A stretch of DNA of 64,000 nucleotides, taken from the NCBI GenBank assembly GCA_016291655.1, contig JAEEYF010000089.1, positions 40,197-104,196 of the forward strand, in the 5' to 3' direction. Source of the DNA: Lachnospiraceae bacterium. GTDB lineage: Bacteria > Bacillota > Clostridia > Lachnospirales > Lachnospiraceae. Every line of letters begins with the position of its first letter. Positions within the stretch are counted from its first letter, which is position 1. The position numbers and the translations under genes are program-made. The notes below the pieces were generated by a model, which ran no database searches, was not told the origin of the DNA, and saw only the letters and a list, made by a program, of their open reading frames with translations. Below are positions 46,941 through 57,300 of this stretch, piece after piece.

Positions 46941-49576
46941 GATGCCGTTTCAACAGCTTCCCCGAACAGCCTGTCGAGCTCCTGCCTTATGGAGAGCATT
47001 TCGTTGCGGAGCACCTTGCAAACCTTTCTGTCATAGGTGAAAAGACCATTGGTCTCGTCTTCTATGTCGGAAAGCTGGGTATAGATGCACCCGCATCCAC
47101 CCGAGGCGATGATCGGAAAGATCATCTCGTCATACATCTTCCTGACCAGAGCAGTAAGCTCTGCGGGAGAGTGGGATATGCCGTAGTTGAAATGATTGTA
47201 CTTTGAAAAATAATGTTCCGGGATCATATAGGAAAAGCCGCCGCATTCCGAGAGGAGCAGAGGACGTATGCCCGGTGTGAACAAAACGTTGTTGAAGTAT
47301 TGGTGTCGGCTGTCAAAGTCGCTCTTTTTCTGAACGAACCAGCCGGACGTGGAATCATACAGGCGGGTGCCGTCTTTTTCCTTGAGCTTGTCGAATAGGC
47401 TGTCACTGTCAAACTGTCCCCAGCCCTCGTTGAATATGGTGTAAGCCACGACAGAGGGATGGTTATGGAGCTGGCGTAAAGTGCCAAGGCAGTGATTTAT
47501 AAAGAATTCCCTGCGCTTTTTGGAATGACATTTCCCAACATCCGATTTGTGTTTTGTGGTAATGTTGGGCATAATGGTGTCTCTCAGAAAGTTGTATCTT
47601 CCGCTGTTTACCATGTCCTGCATGACAAGTATGCCCAGGGTGTCGCAATAATAATAAAAGATATCCGGCTCGATCTTTATATGCTTTCTCAGGCAGTTAA
47701 AGCCCAGCTCCTTGATCCGCAGGATGTCCTTTGCATATTCGCGGGAGGTGGCGGGGGTGAACAGCCCGTCCGGATAATAGCCCTGATCCAAAACCCCGTG
47801 AAGATAGACGGGTTTGTTGTTCAGGCATACACGGACTATGCCGTTTATCTCTTTAAGGGCTATCGTTCTTAAACCGAAGTAGGTTTCGATCTCATCCGAC
47901 CCATAGCATATGCTCATCCTGTAAAGGTACGGGGAGTCGGGAGTCCAGAGGCGCAGCGGTTCTGTCAGGCCCACACTTGCATATGCGTCCTCGAGATTAA
48001 TGTATTGCCTCTGATCGGAGGATTCCCCGTGCCATATGTGACCACCCGGCAGGTGTATGTCTACGCTGTATTTTTCAATTGATTCGGGCTCGCCTTCCGT
48101 AACGATCTTTAAGTATATGCCTTTAAGATCGGGAGTGATCTTGATTCGACGGATGTGATTCTCGGGAACGGGCTCCAGCCATACCGTCTGCCATATGCCG
48201 CTTACGGGTGTGTACCACATGCCTCCTCTCGGTATGCGTTGTTTGCCGTAGGGATACTTCTTGGAAAGGAAGTCGAAGGCACGCACCTCGATCAGATTGT
48301 CCGCGTACATATTCAGAGCGTCCGTGACATCAAAGGAAAAGGGCAGGTAGCCTCCCTCGTGGGAACCTATGCGTTTATTGTTTATCCAGATCTCGCAGAT
48401 CTGGTCCACGGCTCCGAAATGGAGAATTATGCGCTTTTCACCCCATTCTGCGGGAATACGGAAGGTCCTTGAATAGAACAGAACATTTGTATTGGCACCT
48501 TTATGGCAGGCAAGTGCCGCCTGCGGAGGAAAAGGAACATAGATCGTGTTTGTGTTGAGTTTCCAGACTCCGTTCAGGTTCAGCCAGTCATTACGTCTCA
48601 TCTGAGGACGGGGATATTCCGTCCAGGTCACGGGGGTGTCCGAGGAGTCGACAAATTCTTTCCATATCCTGGGTTCGATCAGGTCTCCGCTTTCCGTGAA
48701 AAGATCAAAATGAGAGGTGCGGATTATCAGATATACCGCCGAAAGAGAAATGAATGCGAGGATGTCTATGACAGCCGCCAAAAGGAAAGTGTTTCTCCCT
48801 GAAAAAACGGGGATCTTAAGCAAAAAATAGGAACAGACCGGAGCAAGAGCAACAGCAAGCGATCTTTCCAGATAGCTGAGAAATTGTTTGTGCTTCGGAG
48901 TATAGTTGTTTAAAAGGGAAGCGATCACGCTTAATGTACAGTACTGCCCGGTAAATATGAAGAAAAGTGAAATGAGGATCGGGATGAACATTGAGGATAC
49001 ACAAAGCAGCAGACAACCTGACATCTGCAAAGCCAAGGCCGGTATGACGGCGGTGGAAAAGCCCTGCGTATCATAGAGTGAGCCGTAAAAAAAGACAACA
49101 TCCAGTGCGAGGAAAAGAGCAATACCGATCAGGATGAGACTTTTGTTATAGGTGATCGTGTCGGAGCAAAAGCCGGGTATACCCAAAAAAGCCACGGAAC
49201 CTGACAGAGAGATCAAAAAAAGGGAGATCGATGTCGTGCCGTTCAGGCCTGAAGAGGATTCTTTGGTAACGGGAGTCTCGGCAAGTTCCTGAAGGCCTCT
49301 GAGGCCTATGACCGAAAAAAGTGTGGCAATAGCGCCTGTTACTAAAAATATCGGCTCTTTGCAAAAAAAAGTATTAGCCGAGAATATGATGAGCATGATA
49401 AAGCTGTATAAAATTTTTGAACCTAAAGAAGGTTTGTTCACGATCGGCCCCCTGAGAAAATGTGTGAGTATTATATCACATAAGTGTTTTTTTGGGTATG
49501 TATTTCTGTTACTCAAACCGTTCTTCTCCATTTCGAATGGGACTTGATGGTTTATTGATACTGTGGTATAATCCAC
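46925..49576 (-). CDS. Membrane-anchored glycoside hydrolase family 2 protein (N-terminal polytopic domain fused to a GH2 sugar-binding and TIM-barrel region)
   Basis: About 300 aa with 8-10 TM helices. Then a GH2 beta-sandwich and TIM barrel (LRIWTPDSPYLYRMSI..., NEGWGQF catalytic acid region). The exact start is uncertain. Confidence 0.7.
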   Translation of the reverse strand: MDYTTVSINHQVPFEMEKNGLSNRNTYPKKHLCDIILTHFLRGPIVNKPSLGSKILYSFIMLIIFSANTFFCKEPIFLVTGAIATLFSVIGLRGLQELAETPVTKESSSGLNGTTSISLFLISLSGSVAFLGIPGFCSDTITYNKSLILIGIALFLALDVVFFYGSLYDTQGFSTAVIPALALQMSGCLLLCVSSMFIPILISLFFIFTGQYCTLSVIASLLNNYTPKHKQFLSYLERSLAVALAPVCSYFLLKIPVFSGRNTFLLAAVIDILAFISLSAVYLIIRTSHFDLFTESGDLIEPRIWKEFVDSSDTPVTWTEYPRPQMRRNDWLNLNGVWKLNTNTIYVPFPPQAALACHKGANTNVLFYSRTFRIPAEWGEKRIILHFGAVDQICEIWINNKRIGSHEGGYLPFSFDVTDALNMYADNLIEVRAFDFLSKKYPYGKQRIPRGGMWYTPVSGIWQTVWLEPVPENHIRRIKITPDLKGIYLKIVTEGEPESIEKYSVDIHLPGGHIWHGESSDQRQYINLEDAYASVGLTEPLRLWTPDSPYLYRMSICYGSDEIETYFGLRTIALKEINGIVRVCLNNKPVYLHGVLDQGYYPDGLFTPATSREYAKDILRIKELGFNCLRKHIKIEPDIFYYYCDTLGILVMQDMVNSGRYNFLRDTIMPNITTKHKSDVGKCHSKKRREFFINHCLGTLRQLHNHPSVVAYTIFNEGWGQFDSDSLFDKLKEKDGTRLYDSTSGWFVQKKSDFDSRHQYFNNVLFTPGIRPLLLSECGGFSYMIPEHYFSKYNHFNYGISHSPAELTALVRKMYDEMIFPIIASGGCGCIYTQLSDIEDETNGLFTYDRKVCKVLRNEMLSIRQELDRLFGEAVETASKKGV

Positions 49577-50064
49577 CTTCGGAAAAAATGATACAGAAAG
49601 TTTTTATGGTTTTTATATTGAGATAAACCGTAAAAGATGGTATACTTTAGCCATCCTGAGGTGTACGACAACTCCTTGCTATTTTGAACCTACAAAACTT
49701 TAAACGGGATTCCTAATTGCGTGACGGATGTCAGGCCGCAACTTCATCGCCGGCCTTCGGATTGGACGAAGATCTTCTTCATTCAATCCGAAGGTCGCCG
49801 CAGCGGAAGACAGCAAATCAGGCTGCGGTTACCCACCTGGCATGATGCTAGGAGTCAAAATGCGGGAAACGGCACTTTGGGTTTTTTGTTACTTTCAAAG
49901 CGATCATTTTTTTGGTCGCATTTTTTTAATGAAACGTTAATGAGTTTTTTACGAGTTATATAGATATGATAACTTTTATTTTAATCATACAGTTTTACAC
50001 TGTCGGTAGGTGAGCGTTGGAATGTTGATTTTCAACGGCCGGCCGATTTTTGGAGGGTAAGTTT

Positions 50065-50709
50065 ATGGATATGCCTGAACAGGCATTTGAGAATGCTGTT
50101 ATTAAAACTTCTCAAAATGCAAAGGACGGTAAAAAAACCGCAAGGCAAATGGTGATCTCGCTCGCATCGTTTTTTATTATTGCGTTTGTTTTGGTTTTTG
50201 TAGTCATCTTTGCAAAGGCCTTTTTTGACGGAAAGTTTAAATCGGTCGAATCTTTACAACTGTATATGGAGCAATACGGAGTGTTTGCGCCGGTCATTTT
50301 AACGATCATTCAGGCCATGCAGGTCATCATACCGGTTCTTCCGGGCTTTTTCGGCTGTGCGGTTGGATCTGTTATGTTCGGACCGATGGTGGGCTTCATC
50401 TGCAATTATCTCGGTATCGGATTGGGCTCCGTGATCGCGTTCTTTCTTGCGAGAAAGTTCGGAAAGCCGCTGATACAGGACCTTTTCCCGTCAGGCAGAT
50501 ACAACAAATGGTCAAACTGGGCATCCAAAAGCAAGTCATATACCGCTTTTCTGTTTATGGCGATGCTACTGCCGCTGTTTCCGGACGATTACCTTTGTTA
50601 TCTGACGGGTATATCGAAGATGACGGCAAGAAAATTCATATGGATCATAATATTGGGAAAACCTTGGTGCATATTGGCATACAGCCTTGGGTTTTCTTTG
50701 ATAAAGTAA
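50065..50709 (+). CDS. DedA/TVP38/TMEM64-family membrane protein
   Basis: DedA signature region (FPSGRY...LPLFPDDYLCYLTG). RBS GGAGGG before the ATG at 50065. Confidence 0.8.
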   Translation: MDMPEQAFENAVIKTSQNAKDGKKTARQMVISLASFFIIAFVLVFVVIFAKAFFDGKFKSVESLQLYMEQYGVFAPVILTIIQAMQVIIPVLPGFFGCAVGSVMFGPMVGFICNYLGIGLGSVIAFFLARKFGKPLIQDLFPSGRYNKWSNWASKSKSYTAFLFMAMLLPLFPDDYLCYLTGISKMTARKFIWIIILGKPWCILAYSLGFSLIK

Positions 50710-50733
50710 ATGAGGGATCAAAAGGAGAGAAAA

Positions 50734-51375
50734 ATGAACACTAAACACGGACCTTTGGGCTACTACAACTACACGGTCATTCTTACCTATATCGGTATGT
50801 TGATCGGATTCATCGGTATTGCATATGCCTTTGAGGGAAACACATGCGCTTCCGTTATCTGTCTGATGGCAGCGGGCTTTTGCGATATGTTTGACGGCGC
50901 GGTCGCATCCACAAGAGTACGTACGGTACAGGAAAAAACCTTCGGCATACAGATCGACTCCCTGAGCGATCTCATCTGCTTCGGAGTTTTGCCGGCAGTG
51001 ATCGTATATCGCATGAGCGTCCACAACAATCTTGTTTTGGCGGTATGCGCATTATATGTGCTTTGTGCCCTGATCAGACTTGCATACTTTAATGTGGACG
51101 AGCAGGATCGTCAGAAGACAAGCAATTCTTCAAGAGAACTTTACTATGGTATGCCTGTTACTTTATCGGCTTTGTTCTTCCCAATCGTAAATGCCGCCGC
51201 AAGAGCGTTTTCATGGAAGACAAACATTGCTCAGACCGTTACGTTGTTTGTAATGGCAGTACTGTTCCTTACACCTGTTCCGATCAAGAAGCCCAAGCTC
51301 ATAGGAAAGATATGCGTGTTACTCTGCGGTATCGTTGAAGTGGGCTTTGTGATCATGACATTGGATGGGGTATGA
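50734..51375 (+). CDS. pssA: CDP-diacylglycerol-serine O-phosphatidyltransferase (CDP-alcohol phosphatidyltransferase family)
   Basis: CDP-OH_P_transf motif DMFDGAVASTRVRTVQEKTFGIQIDSLSDLICFG. RBS AAAGGAGAG before the ATG at 50734. The pssA call rests on adjacency to psd. Confidence 0.8.
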   Translation: MNTKHGPLGYYNYTVILTYIGMLIGFIGIAYAFEGNTCASVICLMAAGFCDMFDGAVASTRVRTVQEKTFGIQIDSLSDLICFGVLPAVIVYRMSVHNNLVLAVCALYVLCALIRLAYFNVDEQDRQKTSNSSRELYYGMPVTLSALFFPIVNAAARAFSWKTNIAQTVTLFVMAVLFLTPVPIKKPKLIGKICVLLCGIVEVGFVIMTLDGV

Positions 51376-52202
51376 TGAACGCTGATTTTTTCTATACAAA
51401 TGCATTCGGGCGGGGCGTATTGAAGATAATGCTTAAGGCGCATATGTTTAAGCCTGTTGCATGGTATCTTCATACGAAAGCGTCCAAACGCATGATCTCC
51501 CGCTATATCCAAAAGAACGGGATAGACATGCGGCCATACGGCGATCGGGTTTACGGCTCCTTCGCCGATTTTTTCGGCAGAAGAAGGGCATATGATTTCT
51601 CAACGGACAAGAAAACGTTGATAGCTCCCTGTGACAGTCTTTTGTCGGCTTATGACATTACACCGGAACTGGAAATGCCGATCAAGGGATCACTTTATAC
51701 AGTTGAGGATCTTGTACCCGACAGAGAGACCGCCGGAAAGTTTAAAGACGGACTGGCTCTTGTTTTCAGGCTTGAAGCCTCGGATTACCATCATTTCTGT
51801 TTCTTTGACGACGGAAAGATCCTTAAAACCGGATTTATCCCCGGAAGCCTTCACAGTGTACAGCCCATTGCCCTGAGACATTTTCCGGTGTTCAGGCTTA
51901 ATCGCAGATGGTGGAGTGTTTTTGAAACGGAGCACTTCGGAACCGCAGTCCAGACAGAGATAGGAGCTATGGCTGTCGGCGGGATCACGTTTGCCGAAGG
52001 AAAGGAAAACTTCAGCCGCGGTGAGGAAATGGGTAACTTTGAACTTGCGGGTTCGACAATTGTTGTTTTGCTGACTGCAGAAGTTAAGAGCAGATTAAAC
52101 ATGGATATTGTTGGGGTCAAGACGGGACCCTGTGATCCGAAGGCTGATGAAGTCAGGGTTACGATCGGGTCCGCGATAGGGATTTTAAAAGATGAAGATT
52201 AA
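51372..52202 (+). CDS. psd: Phosphatidylserine decarboxylase proenzyme
   Basis: PSD family with the self-cleavage GST site (ELAGSTIVV). Overlaps pssA by 4 nt. Confidence 0.85.
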   Translation: MMNADFFYTNAFGRGVLKIMLKAHMFKPVAWYLHTKASKRMISRYIQKNGIDMRPYGDRVYGSFADFFGRRRAYDFSTDKKTLIAPCDSLLSAYDITPELEMPIKGSLYTVEDLVPDRETAGKFKDGLALVFRLEASDYHHFCFFDDGKILKTGFIPGSLHSVQPIALRHFPVFRLNRRWWSVFETEHFGTAVQTEIGAMAVGGITFAEGKENFSRGEEMGNFELAGSTIVVLLTAEVKSRLNMDIVGVKTGPCDPKADEVRVTIGSAIGILKDED

Positions 52203-52830
52203 AAAAGAAACTTTTAACAGATTGTTATTGCTTGCCGGAGCCGCGGGACTGAATTTTGCGGGTTATTTTGCCGGAAGGATCATTGCACACGACTTCAGGC
52301 ATTTTGATTTTACGACGCCGATCGATGAAATGATCCCGTTCATTCCCTGGACGATCATGATATACTGGTTGGGATACGGGCTTTGGGTGGCAAATTATTG
52401 CCTTGGCACTTTTTATGACAAAAGCGGCTATAACCGCGCATTGCTGGCTCACTATATGGGCGAGGTGGTATGTTTCCTCTGCTTTGTATTTCTTCCCACA
52501 ACGATGACACGTGCGGAGATCGCGGGTACAGGCTTCTTTGATCGCTTGATGATGGGAACCTATACGGTGGACAGTGCGGACAATCTTCTCCCCTCAATCC
52601 ATTGCTTTGTGAGCTGGATCAGCTGGATAGCGGTCAGAGGTAATGACAGGATTCCAAAGTGGTATCAGGTTTTCTCCTTCATTTTTGCCGCAGCAGTATG
52701 TATCTCCACAGTAACGGTAAAGCAACACGTCGTTCTTGACATAGTTACGGGGATAGGACTTGCCGAGCTTTGCTATTTCCTGGCTGGGAAGATCGGAAAA
52801 GCATACTTGAATAAAAAACAGGGTAAATAA
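52192..52830 (+). CDS. PAP2-superfamily membrane protein (phosphatidic-acid-phosphatase / inositol-phosphotransferase-like)
   Basis: PAP2 motifs PSIHCF and VKQHVVLDIV (SRxxxxxHxxxD-type). Last gene of the lipid cluster. Confidence 0.7.
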   Translation: MKIKKETFNRLLLLAGAAGLNFAGYFAGRIIAHDFRHFDFTTPIDEMIPFIPWTIMIYWLGYGLWVANYCLGTFYDKSGYNRALLAHYMGEVVCFLCFVFLPTTMTRAEIAGTGFFDRLMMGTYTVDSADNLLPSIHCFVSWISWIAVRGNDRIPKWYQVFSFIFAAAVCISTVTVKQHVVLDIVTGIGLAELCYFLAGKIGKAYLNKKQGK

Positions 52831-52858
52831 GATTTTGGAAAGTAAGGGAATTTAAAAA

Positions 52859-53983
52859 ATGAAGAAGATCATTCTAATGCTCTCGGTTGCTGCGCTTGTT
52901 GCGCTGGCAGGCTGCGGAGAAGGAAAGGCTGAACCTACACCTTCACCGACGATCACGCCGACACCGACGATCACGCCGACACCGACCAACACGCCGACAC
53001 CGACCAACACACCTACACCAACGAACACACCAACACCGTCACCGACTCCGTATGTTCACGTCAGCTCAGATGATATATCTTACGGAGACACCTTTATAGT
53101 GGAGCTGGTCAATGCCGAAGTTGCCACACAAGAGCTTCTCAATGAAAGTGTATTGAAGTATAACGGTAACGGGGAATACTATGCACACGGTACGGGAAAC
53201 ACCATTATTACCGTTACCGACACCAATGGGAATGTTTATGAGGTTGAGATCCAATCCTTGCCCGTGCAGATGGAGGTGGAGTTAACCTACAGTGACTGGA
53301 ACGATGATAATATCTCCTATTATGATACGGTGGTTAAAGGAAACTACTACGGAGATATGAAAAACGATCTTCCGAACGGAAACGGAAGTTTTAAGGCTCT
53401 TGACGATAGCTTTACATATAAGGGCGGATTTGTCGACGGCTTTTTCCAAGGTTGGGGTTGTATGGAAAAGTTTTCCGGTAAATTGAAAATAAGAGACAGC
53501 TGGTTTGAAAAAGGTCTGTTCACGCCCACAGCTTTGGATACGATCAGATTATTTTTTAAAGAAGCATATAACGCGTCCGTGCCTGAAACAAGTTTGAACA
53601 ACATCTCCATGAATTCAATGTACTTCAATGAGACCAGGGATTTTCTTGACAGTAAGGCAACGATTGCAGATCTGAATGATGTTGAAAAAAGAGTTCAATC
53701 GTATTTAGGCGACTTCCATTTAATCAAAGATATAGAACTGTCATATAGTTACGAAGGCGTACTGTTCGGACAGAAAATCAGTCTTCTGGAAGGCTACAGT
53801 AACGGACATCATGTCTACGGCATTTATCCGGGAACCAATGAATGGGATGTGGGAGATATTGTTGATATCTACGCATTCCCCATAGGTTTGTTGCTAATGC
53901 GAAACGGAGCAACCGGCGGCTTCGAGATCATCACAACCTACATACCTGCGCAAGTATACAAAAAAACAGACGCAGATTTATAA
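52859..53983 (+). CDS. Lipoprotein with a TPTPTxTPTPTN linker and a beta-rich (Ig-like) domain
   Basis: Lipobox LAGCGEG and repeated PTPT(I/N)TPTPT. Confidence 0.7.
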   Translation: MKKIILMLSVAALVALAGCGEGKAEPTPSPTITPTPTITPTPTNTPTPTNTPTPTNTPTPSPTPYVHVSSDDISYGDTFIVELVNAEVATQELLNESVLKYNGNGEYYAHGTGNTIITVTDTNGNVYEVEIQSLPVQMEVELTYSDWNDDNISYYDTVVKGNYYGDMKNDLPNGNGSFKALDDSFTYKGGFVDGFFQGWGCMEKFSGKLKIRDSWFEKGLFTPTALDTIRLFFKEAYNASVPETSLNNISMNSMYFNETRDFLDSKATIADLNDVEKRVQSYLGDFHLIKDIELSYSYEGVLFGQKISLLEGYSNGHHVYGIYPGTNEWDVGDIVDIYAFPIGLLLMRNGATGGFEIITTYIPAQVYKKTDADL

Positions 53984-53996
53984 TTCACATCAAAAA

Positions 53997-54019
53997 AAGA
54001 CCGCGCAGGTCTTTTTTTG
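53997..54019. terminator. Bidirectional intrinsic terminator
   Basis: aagaccgcgcaggtctt followed by tttttg. Confidence 0.75.
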
Positions 54020-54022
54020 ATA

Positions 54023-54305
54023 CCTTGGGGACGGGGTTATGGTGTCAAAAAATGACACCATAACCCCGTCCCCGGGGGCTCAATTTCAGGCAGCCACACT
54101 TAGCGACGGAATCCGTGTTTTCGTCCGTTTCCGACGCGGGCTTTTAGGTTGCACCCCATGATTCCCGCAAACACTGCTGAGATCGGAGTAACAGGGTCAC
54201 GTGAAATTTTGTGCATTACCCCCCGCGCGGGAGAATGTGGTGGGAAGAAAAACATGTGAGGACAAAAAATTACCTGTGATGACACCATAACCCCGTCCCC
54301 AAGGC
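54023..54305. repeat. MITE-like element (283 bp) bounded by 25-bp terminal inverted repeats CCTTGGGGACGGGGTTATGGTGTCA / TGACACCATAACCCCGTCCCCAAGG
   Basis: The left end is itself a perfect hairpin (ggggacggggttatggtgtca-aaaaa-tgacaccataaccccgtcccc, 54026-54072). About 200 bp of internal sequence contains no credible ORF. Same repeat family as 3978, 4049, 15836 and 43000. Confidence 0.65.
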
Positions 54306-54369
54306 TCATTCTTTACATTTATTCTGCGGTGGGATAAAATATTTGGCAGGAATCAAGCGGGAGGGAAAC

Positions 54370-57300
54370 ATGAGCCTTCGACCTATATTGGGACCCGCAG
54401 GCAGCGGGAAAACAAAAAAGCTGTTTGAAACAGCCATAAAAGAAGCGGAGAAGAATCCGGAGACAACGTATTATTTTCTTGTGCCTGAACAGTTTTCGCT
54501 CCGTACACAATATGACCTGCTGTCGGTACATCCGCAGGGAGGCATATTAAACATCGACGTGACCAGCCTTGCAAGGCTTGCAAATGCCGCTTTCGCTAAG
54601 CTGTCGGGGATGAAGCACGAGTTTATTCCCGAGATCGGAAAGAGCATGATAATTAAAAAGGTCCTGAACGATAACAGCGAGAAGCTGGTTATGTATGGGA
54701 GAAATTCGCGACATACCGGCTTTGTGGCCGAAGCTAAGGCTTTGCTTTCCGAGCTTCTGCAGTACGGGGTTACGGAAGAGGACCTGAAGGATTGTATGGA
54801 AAGGGCGGGAAATGAGCCTGTGCTTCAAAGGAAGCTGAAGGATGTGATCACCTTGATCTCAGGTTTCAAGACCTGTCTCGGAGATCGCCTGCTTACGAAT
54901 GAGAGTATGTATGATGCTTTCGCGGCCATCCTTGAAAAAAGCGGGCTTGCACGGAATGCGGTGTTCATCCTGGACGGCTTTACAGGCTTTACCCCTTCGC
55001 AGAACGGCATACTTCGTGAATTTCTGCGCCTCGGAAAAGACGTATGGGTTTCCTTTACGATAGATGAAGCCGCTTCAAAAGCGGTTCTTCCGGAATACGA
55101 TCTCTATCATATGAGTGCCGAAGCTCTGCGTAAGCTGACCGAGCTTGCGGAGGAAGTGGGTTGCGATGTAAAGGCGCCCGTATATACAAACCATAACAAG
55201 TATGAGACCGAGACACTCCACAGGCTGGAACGCGGTCTTTTCAGACACGGAAACAAGAAGGTTCCGGCGGGTGACAGTCTCGTTATTTATAATGCGAGCA
55301 ACATCGAAGAGGAAACAAAGCGTGCGGCGGCTGAGATAGAGAGGCTTGTAAGAAAAGAGGGCTACCGTTACTCGGACATAGCCATAGTGTGCGGCGATAT
55401 GGATCTGTACGGTGAACGTATGTGCAATGAACTGGATGTTATCAGAGCACATTATTTCCATGACCGTAAAAAGACTCTTCATGAAAATGAGTGCTCGGGT
55501 TTTCTTGAGATCGTTCTTAAACTGATGGAAAAGGGAGCGGACACGGAGCTCCTGATCGCCTATGCAAAGAACAGTCTTTCGGGCATAGTTTATGACGACG
55601 CGTGTCTTCTGGAAAACTATTGCGCCGCTTTCGGGACAAAGGGAGGCTCCTTCAGCCGAGAATTCAAAAGGGAGTTTTACGGAAGACAGGACATTTCGCT
55701 TGAACATGTGAATGAGGTGAGAAAGCAGATAATGAGCGAACTGTCGGGAATGCTCAAAGTGAAGAAGAACAAGGCACGGGTGTTCTCCGATAAGGTGCTC
55801 GCTTTTCTTGAAAAGTTGGGGGTTGAAGAAAAGCTTAAGAAGATAGCGGAGGATTTTGAACAGAAGGAAGAATACCTTAAAGCCAAGGAATATGCGGGGG
55901 TATATGAGGCTCTTCGGGAAATTCTGGATCAATCCGTTGAATTTCTCGGGGATGCAGAGATGACTTCATCGGAATACAGGGGACTGATCGAAGCGGGGCT
56001 TTCCGAAGCGAAGGTGGGCCTTGTCCCTCACGGCTCCGACAACATAATCATCGGAGATATAGAAAGGACGAGACTCAGCCGCGTAAAGGCGCTGTTCCTT
56101 TTGGGAGCCAATGAGAACAAGCTGCCGAAACCCTCGGGCGGTCACGGGATCATAAGCGACAATGACAAGAAAAGTCTGTTGAGCAAGGGCATAGAACTTT
56201 CGCCTTCTCATCTCAAAAAGGTGGGAAATGACAAGTTTTATATTTATCTCACTCTTACCAAGCCTACCTCCAGATTGTGGATATCCTACCCTTCTTTAAG
56301 CGGAAGCGAGAGAGTTAAGCCCGCGGCGGTATTGAATGAGATCGCAGAGTTATATACGGATCTGAAGCCGATCCGTAGAGAGGATCTGGATCCGGTTACC
56401 GGAGTTCTGGAAAACGATCTGGGCCTCAGGATGCTTTTGGCAGAGGAAAGACGGGAAAACGAGCATAGGATCAAGACCACGGATTATGTACCGGAGACCA
56501 TCTCTGCTGCGGAAGCGGAAGGGCTCTACGGGAAAACGCTCACCGGCAGCATTTCGCGCCTGGAAACCTTTGCAAACTGCCCTTTCAAGCATTTCCTAAG
56601 CTACGGTCTGGGAATAGAAAAAAAGGCCAGCTACAGGCTTGAAAGCTCAGATTTCGGTGAGATATCCCATGCTGCCCTGGAAATGTACGGACGGGCCGTC
56701 AGAGAAAGCGGAAGGGACTGGGTTTCCATTCCCGATGACGAGAGGGAAAAACTGATCGCCGAGTGTGCTTTCAATGCGGTCAACGATCACAAGAAGGGCG
56801 TATTTAAGGACACCTCCAAGAATAAATACATTGCTGACAGGATCAGGGATGTGCTGACCCTGACGGTTGAGATGTTCACCGAGCAGCTTAAGGATACCGA
56901 CTTCAGACCCTATGCCTTTGAGCAAAAGTTCAAGGTGCCCGGAGACAGGTTTATCCTTAACGGAAAGATAGACCGTATAGATGTATGCGATACGGAGAAT
57001 CTGAAGGCGGTCAAGGTGGTGGATTACAAATCCGGCAGCCACAGATTTGACCCGGAAAAGCTGTATTACGGTCTTTCATTGCAGCTACCCACCTATCTGA
57101 ACGTAGCTACGGAGATGATGAGTCCCGGTATCAAAGGCATAGAGGGAATGAAGGCGTCCGAAAGAGTGAAACTGAAGACCCAAAGGCCCGAAGGCTACAG
57201 ACCTGCGGCTATGTTGTATGATATTATCAACGATCCCGTATTGGATAACACCGGAAAACCGTCGGATGACAGCGAAGAGGTACGGGCAGCGGTCAGGGAA

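Noticed and set aside
49820-49845. T-box-like core (AGGTGGGTAACCGCAG) on the minus strand
   Set aside because: The downstream gene on that strand is a glycoside hydrolase, not an amino-acid-related gene. No specifier or terminator/antiterminator pair could be traced. Probably chance similarity; only a low-weight note is kept.
54100-54309. 69-aa minus-strand ORF inside the MITE-like element
   Set aside because: It has no RBS, overlaps a terminal inverted repeat and has an improbable composition. The element interior is treated as non-coding.
55075-55932. 285-aa minus-strand ORF inside addB, and similar ORFs at 57686-58351, 58517-59242 and 60326-60880 inside addA
   Set aside because: They are antisense to well-supported AddA/AddB coding sequence.
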